Origin: Hormiphora californensis
Lineage: Eukaryota > Animalia > Ctenophora
Length of the DNA stretch: 64,000 nt
Assembly (NCBI GenBank): GCA_020137815.1
Contig: CM035354.1
Coordinates: 1,054,001-1,118,000 of the forward strand
Reading direction: 5' to 3'
A model generated the notes under the pieces. It saw only the letters and a program-made list of their open reading frames with translations, did not search any database and was not told where the DNA came from. This document shows, piece by piece, positions 26,602-64,000 of the stretch (its first letter is position 1; each line of letters starts with the position of its first letter). Made by a program: the position numbers and the translations under genes.

Positions 26602-27384
26602 ATGCCACAGAACGAGCACATAGAGCTCGCCCAGAAGAGACACGGAAAGCGCTTCAACCATGAGGAAAAGATGCGGAAAAAGTTGGCCCGTTCATCACAC
26701 TCGAATGCCATCAAAGCTAAGAAGCTGCACGGTCTGAAGGCTAAGTTGTATAACAAGAAGCGGCACTCTGAGAAGATCCAAATGAAGAAGACACTCAAGA
26801 TGCACGAGGAGAAACAGACCAAGACACGTGACTCAGAGCCGGTTCAGGAGGGTGCTGTACCAGCCTATCTGCTGGACAGAGAGACGGAGTCACGTGCTAA
26901 GGTGCTGAGCAACATGGTAAAACAAAAGAGGAAGGAGAAGGCGGGCAAGTGGGCCGTTCCCATTCCCAAAGTTAAGCAGATGGGTGAGGATGAGGTGTTC
27001 AAGGTGATGCAGACTGGAAAGAGGAAGAAGAAGGCATGGAAACGAATGGTTACCAAGGTTACCTATGTTGGCGAAGACTTCACTCGAAAACCACCCAAAT
27101 ACGAGCGGTTCATCAGGCCCATGGCGCTGCGTTTCAAGAAGGCTCATGTCACTCACCCTGAGCTGAAAGCCACGTTTTGTCTGCCCATGATAGGGGTGAA
27201 GAAGAACCCCAACTCACCCATGTACACCCAGTTAGGAGTGATAACCAAGGGAACTGTTATTGAGGTGAATGTGAGTGAGCTGGGACTTGTTACTACCGGG
27301 GGTAAGGTTGTGTGGGGCAAGTACGCCCAGGTGACGAATCATCCGGAGAATGACGGGTGTATCAATGCTGTTTTGTTGGTGTGA
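26602..27384 (+). CDS. NSA2: Ribosome biogenesis protein NSA2, intronless
   Basis: MPQNEHIE...[11 protein letters not shown]...[20 protein letters not shown]...[11 protein letters not shown], 260 aa; highly conserved. Confidence 0.98.
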   Translation: MPQNEHIELAQKRHGKRFNHEEKMRKKLARSSHSNAIKAKKLHGLKAKLYNKKRHSEKIQMKKTLKMHEEKQTKTRDSEPVQEGAVPAYLLDRETESRAKVLSNMVKQKRKEKAGKWAVPIPKVKQMGEDEVFKVMQTGKRKKKAWKRMVTKVTYVGEDFTRKPPKYERFIRPMALRFKKAHVTHPELKATFCLPMIGVKKNPNSPMYTQLGVITKGTVIEVNVSELGLVTTGGKVVWGKYAQVTNHPENDGCINAVLLV

Positions 27385-27941
27385 GGTGGTGGGTGTGATC
27401 TGGGTGTGTGAGTAGGTGGGTGTGATATCTCTCTCAGTTTTATAGCAACTCAATATCAGTGTTGTGTTTTAACTTATTTTGACGGTTTTAGCCAAATACA
27501 GATGATATGTGTTTTACTGGACTCAAGCCCCTCCCCCAGACTCCCCAGACTCAATATGTATTCTCTTCTAAGAAAGAGAGATAAAAAGAGAGAGGCTGTG
27601 ATCCACTAGTATTATACTCAGTATTATTCCCTGAAGCTGACCCACCTATCCCTTAATATTGATACCCCAAACTAACCCGATTTTCCCTCTGTCTAGGTCT
27701 AGGTATATCTCCATGATATCTCTGTGTAGGTATATCTCCGTGATCGTTCCTGCTTGGAATGTCGTTTGCTTTCAACTGGGCCTGCTGCTTCACCAGTTCA
27801 GCATAACAAGAATTATTGCATTATGTATTCATAATGCGGTGTTTCCCTGCCAAATGGTTTTAAAATTGATGAATAAGCTTCAAAACTGGATTTCCTGATG
27901 AATTTTGTGCTCAAAGAGTATTTTTGGCTGATGCGATGTTG

Positions 27942-28061
27942 GTTACTAAGGTAACTAGGTAAGTTGCTATGGTAACCAAAGGCAGTTGCTATGGTAACCA
28001 AAGCAATTCCTATGGTAACCAGGACAGTTGCTATGGCAACCAAGTCAGTTGCTTAGGAGAC
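27942..28061. promoter_or_regulatory. Tandem array of six RFX X-box-like palindromes at 21-22 bp spacing
   Basis: GTTACTAAGGTAAC, GTTGCTATGGTAAC x2, ATTCCTATGGTAAC, GTTGCTATGGCAAC, GTTGCTTAGGAGAC. Confidence 0.5.
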
Positions 28062-28318
28062 CCCAGTTGGTTACCAAGTGCTTCAACTTTAACCGCATCT
28101 CAACTTGAGTCACTAGTGTGGCAGTAGTTTCATGCTTGGAAGACGTTCTATCACTTCATAGCATGGCTGTAGGGCGCCCAAAGTGATTTCAGGTGATAGT
28201 GGGAAGTGCTATCAGCGAGTAATTGCGCGCCACAATGTGTGTTAATCATTTCCTTTGTTGAATCAACGAAGCGTGAGATGAAAGTTTTATGAAGGAGCAG
28301 ACTTGTTGTTAGGCGTTG

Positions 28319-28470
28319 TCCGTGACGGACGGACGGACGGACGGACACTTTTAGTTAACTACACAATCTGCTGATTTCTAAACCCTGAATGATCTTTTTA
28401 GCACGTGCGTGCTAAAAAGATCATCCCGGGTGATTGCCTTCGGCAATCACCCGGGCAGGGAAAAAATTAG
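28319..28470. mobile_element. Helentron/HINE-like end: (GACG)n microsatellite plus double hairpin
   Basis: gacggacggacggacggacggac, then hairpins at 28389-28424 and 28425-28455 closed by ccctg/caggg. Confidence 0.45.
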
Positions 28471-28621
28471 TTGTACTGCGTCTTTAGATTCCATGTATTG
28501 ACGTACTTTCCTTTATATAATTTAACGCATTTAATCCTAGCCAATTCTTTCCATTTATAATCTTATCTTACATTTAACCATGCCACAAATCTGATCCTTT
28601 CATTAAACCATCATTCAGACC

Positions 28622-29479
28622 ATGAGCTTTACCCGACTTTTGTCATGTAATGCCGCTGAGGCTCCTCTCATACCTTCCGCGGCGGAGAGTTTCCGGTTGG
28701 CCCACAGCTGTTTGATTCACGGCTGGTCAACTGGCCGAGCAATACTAGAATCTCACGATAACTCTGGGCTGGGATACCATGTTATTTACAGTTTCGTGCG
28801 GGGTACCATTGGGGGAATTTACCTCTCTGTCCCTGAGGAAGCTGGGGTTGGTGAAGTCGAGTTGTTCATCCGAGAGGTTGTACTCCGTGATGAGATGAAG
28901 GAGCAGTGTTCCAAGTTTTTTATATTCTTCAGCTGCCAGTGTGAACCACACAATACACTGATTCTGGAGATTGTACTAGAAACACTGGATACCCTGAGGA
29001 TCACTCCCACTATGAGCCCTTACACGGCACCCTCCCAGGCACGCCCGAACCTGCCCCTGCCTGTTGGTTACACCCTGGCACCCGTCCAATTATCCCACGT
29101 TGACCATATTGTCCAACACTGGAAGGAGGAAGAAGGAAAGGAGGGTCGCTCTGAAACCCAGTTGCGGATCATGGCCACTTCTGGAATCAAGGAGCGACCT
29201 TGTGTGGGGGTCTTTGTGGATGGCCAACCCGATATGCCCGTTGCTTGGTGTTTAATGTACCAGGCTGGGGGTCTGGGCCCTATATATGTGTTGGCTGAGC
29301 ACAGAGGTAGAGCGCTGGCAAGGGTAATGGTAAGGGAGATACATAGAAGAGTGGAAGAGGTTCATGGGGCACGGCCTTTTGCAATGATTGCTGATAGTAA
29401 TGAAGCTTCACAGGGGCTGTTTAGTTCGGAGGGGTGGGTAAAGAGCAACCATGTTCATTTACTTGCCAGAGCCAATTAG
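28622..29479 (+). CDS. GNAT-family acyltransferase (glycine N-acyltransferase-like / FR47-like), intronless
   Basis: PVAWCLMYQAGGLGPIYVLAEHRGRALAR (motif A) and NEASQGLFSSEGW (motif B). Confidence 0.85.
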   Translation: MSFTRLLSCNAAEAPLIPSAAESFRLAHSCLIHGWSTGRAILESHDNSGLGYHVIYSFVRGTIGGIYLSVPEEAGVGEVELFIREVVLRDEMKEQCSKFFIFFSCQCEPHNTLILEIVLETLDTLRITPTMSPYTAPSQARPNLPLPVGYTLAPVQLSHVDHIVQHWKEEEGKEGRSETQLRIMATSGIKERPCVGVFVDGQPDMPVAWCLMYQAGGLGPIYVLAEHRGRALARVMVREIHRRVEEVHGARPFAMIADSNEASQGLFSSEGWVKSNHVHLLARAN

Positions 29480-29713
29480 TTATTTGTAACATGTTACAAA
29501 GTGAATCCTAATTAGTTGTTTTTAAATCACTTTTTTATAATCTCATTATTTTTATCTTTGTGTGATTTGTGTACATTGAATGTTTGTTAAAGCTTGTTTT
29601 TTGGGAACGTTTGTCGCTCTTTCCATCAATCACACCTAGTAACCCCCCTCTCCCTCCCTAGCACTATGTGAACTGCACCCAGTTATACCTGCCATAGAGT
29701 GGGTGCAGCTCTG

Positions 29714-32497
29714 ATGAGTAGTCCAGACCAGCGTTTATCACTCCTCCGCAGGGGCGGATCCACCGATCTACCATCAGACCCGAGCCAGGCGTACACCCTC
29801 CTCCACACCCACTGCGTCCAGGGCCGAGCCAGCGCTGTTGAGGAGTTACTAAGGAGGCACTACCATGGCTCACCGGTCAGGAGGCAACGCCGCGTCCAAT
29901 CTGAGTGTGATTTCTCTAGCCCTGTGAAGGGCACCGTGACGTCACTCGATGATGTCACTATAGCTGTCCGGGGTGTGTTTGATATCAATTGGACAAATGC
30001 CAAGCACCCCCGACCACTCCTCCACATTGCAGTTGCATGTGAGCAGGGGGATGTGGTGGGTGCCTTGTTGAAGTATGGTGCCCGGGCTAACTCCACCGAC
30101 AATATGGGTCTCACATCAGTTCACCTGGCTGCCAGAAAACCCTGCCCCGCCATCCTAACCCTGGTCCTCAAGGCGGGGGGTGATCCCAATCTGCTGGACA
30201 GAGAGGGTATGTTGCCGATACACTGGGCCGCTTCCTGTGGGTATCTAGACAATGTCAAGATACTGACACCTGTCACCAGACATCTCAGCAGGCAGGATAG
30301 CAGTGGTCGAACACCCCTACACCATGCTGCCATATATGGGTATCACGGGGTTATAGGACACCTTCTCTCCTCAGTAAAGCTAGATCTCTGCGATGAAAAT
30401 GGGGAGACAGCGCTCCTTTTAGCGGTCACTAAAAGGCACACCCGGGTTGCCGAGTTGTTACTTGACTTTGGGGCGAGTGTGACAATACCAGATCGTCATG
30501 GTGTTAGCGTGCTGGTCAGATGCATTGAAAGGGACATGTACGGGGCTGCGTACAAAGTTAGTGGTGTTTATGATAACCTGATAAGCCAGCTAGATCCAGC
30601 CTTAGAGGAGGGTCTACTAAAGGTGGAAAAGGTCGAAGGGTTTCTGGGGTACATCTGTGGTAACTACCCTGAGGAAACTGGGGATCTGTGGAATGACTTG
30701 CGGAATTTGGTAATTGATTGTGCTAAAGAGCTGGTTGACTGTACGAGGACTGCTCACAGTTTCCCTGTTCTGGTCCAGTTGTTACGTCACATGAGGTCCC
30801 TCGGAGTTGAAGACGCGGTACAGAGCAGTGCCAGGAGGGAACCACTTCTCAAAAGGATGATCTCCCTGCCTAGTGCGGCGTCCCTTTCCCGCGAGGTTGA
30901 GGAGCAGAAGATGATTGTACGGGGTGAAATCGAGATCAAGAGTGAGAGCTTGACGAGCTACGGGGAACCCTCACAAGTTGATATTTTCGGTAGTCTGGAC
31001 GACGTTTGGAAGTTCCTGACAAAGTGGATGACACTTGTTCGGTCTTACCACTCACGGACTTCAACGAATAAAAACTACAGGTTTATGAGGGTGACCCTGC
31101 ACACCAATGATTTAAGGGACGTGGCCCCTCAGCTGTGTTCCCTCATCAAGGGGTACCATGTGTGGTGTGAGGGAACCCCCCACTATCACCTATTCAGCTC
31201 CTTCATCAACAAATTCAGTGGCGTCCTCAAACTCTTCCTAACGTTCAACACGGAACTGGTGTTTGGACCCCTTGATTTCTTGCTCGACTCCACGGACATT
31301 ATTGATGAGTTTCAGAGTATCAGGACGGTTATTCTAGACGTCCATCTGGATCTACGGAAAAGTTGGTTCTATGATCGGTTATACGCAGGGAACGCACCTG
31401 ATAACCCGGATTATCTCAGTGAAAACCTCAACATCTTCTTCATTGATCGGGAGAACCTCTTTTCTACATCCTGTGAACAGGTCATGAACGCCAACCCTGA
31501 CTATCTCCGGAGCAGTCTGACCATCAACTTTAATGGGGATGATGGTATGGGTGTGGGTGTGAGGAGAGAGTGGTTCACCCTGCTGATTGAACAGATCACA
31601 GACCCGATGTATGGGATGTTCGAGAGGTATAATAACGGATTAAACTTCCAACCCACCCGACTATCCAGGATCAACCCGGACCACCTGAAACAGTTTGAGT
31701 TCGTCGGGAAAATCATCGCCCTTATGGTTTACTACAAAATAACAACAGGGATACATTTCACTAAGAGTTTCTACAAGCACATGCTAGGACAACCTCTTGA
31801 TTTCACTGATGTGGCGTGTATTGACAGTGAGCTAGCTTACAGTCTCCAATGGTTGCTAGATAATGATATATCAGACGTTGTGGAACTCACATTCGCAGTT
31901 GATAGTTTAGAGTTTGGGGAACAGGGGAGTGTGGATTTGAAACCTGGTGGTGTTGATATTCTCGTGACAGAAGAAAATAAAGTTGAGTATGTTAGGCTGC
32001 TCAGCGAGCATAAAATGAGTGGAGCGATCAGATCTCAAATATCCAGTTTCCTGACCGGGTTTCACAGTATTGTTCCCCGGAAGATACTGGGTATTTTCAG
32101 TGCTGATGAGTTGGAATTGGTGTTGTGTGGGCTGAATATTATTGATAGAGCGGACTGGAGGCGGAACACTCAGTATGTTAATTTCACGGAGTCAGATGAT
32201 ATGATTGTGTGGTTCTGGGAGATTTTGGAGAAGTACTCACAGGATCAACTGTTTACACTGCTCAAGTTTATCACTGGTTATTCGAGGGTTCCACATGGTG
32301 GATTTGGGCAATTTGCCAGCATTAGCAGTTCAGGGCCGATTAAGATCAGTCGGGGGAATGGGACAGAAGAGAATCTACCGAAGAGTAGTGTGTGTTTTAA
32401 TCTACTTCTTCTACCAGTTTATACCAGCAAGCAGATGTTGAAAGATCGACTTCATGTGGCAATGACGTATGCGAGCGTTGGGTTCGATCAGTGTTGA
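29714..32497 (+). CDS. HACE1: E3 ubiquitin ligase HACE1-like (ankyrin repeats + HECT), intronless CDS
   Basis: N-terminal ankyrin repeats (GLTSVHLAA, GRTPLHHAA, GETALLLAV). HECT domain with GVRREWF...FITG...LPKSSVCFN (catalytic Cys). First ATG at 29714. Confidence 0.88.
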   Translation: MSSPDQRLSLLRRGGSTDLPSDPSQAYTLLHTHCVQGRASAVEELLRRHYHGSPVRRQRRVQSECDFSSPVKGTVTSLDDVTIAVRGVFDINWTNAKHPRPLLHIAVACEQGDVVGALLKYGARANSTDNMGLTSVHLAARKPCPAILTLVLKAGGDPNLLDREGMLPIHWAASCGYLDNVKILTPVTRHLSRQDSSGRTPLHHAAIYGYHGVIGHLLSSVKLDLCDENGETALLLAVTKRHTRVAELLLDFGASVTIPDRHGVSVLVRCIERDMYGAAYKVSGVYDNLISQLDPALEEGLLKVEKVEGFLGYICGNYPEETGDLWNDLRNLVIDCAKELVDCTRTAHSFPVLVQLLRHMRSLGVEDAVQSSARREPLLKRMISLPSAASLSREVEEQKMIVRGEIEIKSESLTSYGEPSQVDIFGSLDDVWKFLTKWMTLVRSYHSRTSTNKNYRFMRVTLHTNDLRDVAPQLCSLIKGYHVWCEGTPHYHLFSSFINKFSGVLKLFLTFNTELVFGPLDFLLDSTDIIDEFQSIRTVILDVHLDLRKSWFYDRLYAGNAPDNPDYLSENLNIFFIDRENLFSTSCEQVMNANPDYLRSSLTINFNGDDGMGVGVRREWFTLLIEQITDPMYGMFERYNNGLNFQPTRLSRINPDHLKQFEFVGKIIALMVYYKITTGIHFTKSFYKHMLGQPLDFTDVACIDSELAYSLQWLLDNDISDVVELTFAVDSLEFGEQGSVDLKPGGVDILVTEENKVEYVRLLSEHKMSGAIRSQISSFLTGFHSIVPRKILGIFSADELELVLCGLNIIDRADWRRNTQYVNFTESDDMIVWFWEILEKYSQDQLFTLLKFITGYSRVPHGGFGQFASISSSGPIKISRGNGTEENLPKSSVCFNLLLLPVYTSKQMLKDRLHVAMTYASVGFDQC

Positions 32498-32846
32498 TCA
32501 CTGTTTTGGGACTCCCTTTATCACGTTTCAGTGTTGAATCACTGTCAAACTACTAGGAATATGATTAGAAATAGACCTGAATTAGCATTCAGTAGTTGTT
32601 GTTTGTGGAAATTGAAAAAGACAAGATAAATGTATGTGAGTGTGTGTGTGTGTGTAAGAATAAACGAATATCAATTAGTATGGGCTGTGTTTAAGCGTGT
32701 TTTTATATTGTTTTGCTACTTCATACAATACTTCTCTCTCTATTTTCCAGGAGTGATAATATTACTGTGTTTACATATGTATATGGTACATTTAAATTTG
32801 TTAGGTTTCCCTCGTTTTAGTTAACTGAATCACTGTTTAGTAGATC

Positions 32847-43165
<10,319 letters not shown>

Positions 43166-43828
43166 AAAAGATGGACTGCCTAATGCCTATCCTAATGCCT
43201 ATGTGAAATACGACCAATGATGTATATTTATTTTGTCATACTATGAGCGAGGGTGACCGTGTCGGTCTATCGATATATTGTGTTTTTTATCCATTTGAAT
43301 GGGAATCCTTCGTGTTCGAATATTTTCACCCTGATATTTGTCGGTAATAGATGATCGTAATATATTCCAAACAAATTAAACTTGCGTCTGTGAGATGTAT
43401 TTTCCTACTCTAGATGGTGGAAACCCCCGTGAACCGTATTTGCTTAGATCTAGAATTATGTGTATGGTAAGGGCAAATATTTGATTTTGAACGTATTTGA
43501 CTGAGCCTCTGTATAACTAATATTATAGAACAGCGCTGGTTTTGTTGTGTAGTGTGTACCTGAGTAGGAAAATCGCTGTCTGACGACTGACGGCACCGTA
43601 CACTCAGCAGTCGGCAGACCTCATTTTGAGTTCTGCTCAGATCGGTGCATGTGCCGCCAGACAGTGAAATCGAAAAAGGTCGGGAACCTAGATCCTAGCC
43701 CCCTAGATCGAGTACTAGCCAAGTGCCCCAATATATTTCTCGTATGTACATGTGTTTTCTATCAAATTCCCGTTCGTAACCACAATGAAACATTGCTTTT
43801 AAACTTTGTTCAACATTCCGGAATGGTT

Positions 43829-44385
43829 TAATGACGTCGTGACCCAACCGCCAAGGTCCGTAATGACGTCGTGACCCAACCGCCAAGGTCCGTAATGATG
43901 TCGTGACCCAACCCCCAAGGTCCGTAATGAAGTCGTGACCCAACCGCCAAGGTCCGTAATGGCGTCGTGACCCAACCGCCAAGGTCCGTAATGACGTCGT
44001 GACCGAACCGCCAAGGTCCGTAACGGCGTCGTGACCCAACCGCCAAGGTCCGTAACGGCGTCGTGACCCAACCGCCAAGGTCCGTAATGGCGTCGTGACC
44101 CAACCCCCAAGGTCCGTAATAACGTCGTGACCCAACCGCCAAGGTCCGTAATGACGCCATGACCCAACCGCCAAGGTCCGTAATGACGTCGTGACCCAAC
44201 CGCCAAGGTCCGTAATGACGCCATGACCCAACCGCCAAGGTCCGTAATGACGTCGTGACCCAACCGCCAAGGTCCGTAATGGCGTCGTGACCCAACCGCC
44301 AAGGTCCGTAATGACGTCGTGACCCAACCGCCAAGGTCCGTATTGACGTCGTGACCCAACCGCCAAGGTCCGTAATGACGTCGTG
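43829..44385. repeat. 32-bp CpG-rich minisatellite (taatgacgtcgtgacccaaccgccaaggtccg), about 17 copies
   Basis: Direct period 32 with no spacers, between the convergent 3' ends of Miro and ACC. Confidence 0.95.
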
Positions 44386-45021
44386 TGAGAACCGTGCTAC
44401 CCCCGGTGGTGTTTCACCACTACAAGTTTCTAGTAAGAGGGAAAATGCGATGCAGTGATTTACCAAGTAACAAACACGCTATGTTAGTGGTCCAAAAAGG
44501 GATATAACAAAACACATACTACCACATGTAAAACACATCCATCAGAATCTCAGAACATCTTTAGAACTTGTTGAGTAACTGGTAACACAACATCTCAGAA
44601 CATCTTTAGAACATCTCAACATATATCAGTACGGACTAAACACCGGGCTGTCCGAATATATGTGTGCGGTGTGCCAGTATTTTATATAATTATCACACGA
44701 CAATTAATTGCCATCCCATCACACGGGGGGAAGATCAAGGGGAGCTCAAAAAACATATCTGCCAGATACCTGCTGGCTCACACAAAAACAGTTATCCACT
44801 AAAAATTCTTAGTCACAGACAAACACACTATAGAAATGCTCAAGAGATCTCACACTAAATAGAGAGAAACATGTAAAACGACTCTCAGTCCTACCCCTAA
44901 TTTATATTAAAACAAGCCGTAAAAATTTTCAAAAAAGAGCAAGTTATAGCGCATCAGATACCCAAAACATACAGAGGGGGTACAGATATAATGTTCACTC
45001 GACAATAAGTTATGATTAAGT

Positions 45022-64000
<18,979 letters not shown>

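Noticed and set aside
43829-44385. CRISPR-like 32-bp repeat array (also 36268-38794 and 2095-5062)
   Set aside because: Units are head-to-tail with no unique spacers, there are no cas genes and the context is eukaryotic; these are minisatellites.
43695-44466. Three overlapping repetitive ORFs on the - strand
   Set aside because: All three frames are open only because the repeat lacks stops on that strand.

Overview
Eukaryotic (animal) genomic DNA, gene-dense, with short GT-AG introns, (CT)n/(GA)n microsatellites, many palindromic non-autonomous transposons and intronless GPCR genes nested antisense in introns. This architecture suggests a ctenophore-like non-bilaterian, which is an inference only. 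Nine consecutive + strand genes: a tandem galectin-like protein, a divergent SLC25 carrier, RBM15/Spenito, an SH3-less endophilin-B-like N-BAR protein, a REXO1/REXO5-like exonuclease, NSA2, a GNAT acyltransferase, HACE1 and Miro/RHOT. They converge on a multi-exon acetyl-CoA carboxylase on the - strand, whose 5' end is outside the window. A class A GPCR lies in a Miro intron and a class C GPCR in an ACC intron. The most unusual signals: (1) intron ends repeatedly amplified into tandem arrays built from the splice signals themselves (TACTAAC/CTAAC branch points, YAG|GT junctions); (2) a branch point/pyrimidine/AG acceptor just upstream of almost every ATG plus very short co-directional gaps, suggesting spliced-leader trans-splicing and possibly an operon; (3) a 4.1-kb foldback element with a strand-switching 32-bp array; (4) T-shaped double-hairpin modules with cGNAg triloops; (5) a helically phased array of RFX X-box-like motifs. 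Single-base insertions in Miro and the class C GPCR may be assembly errors. Exon coordinates were read by eye and may be off by a few bases.
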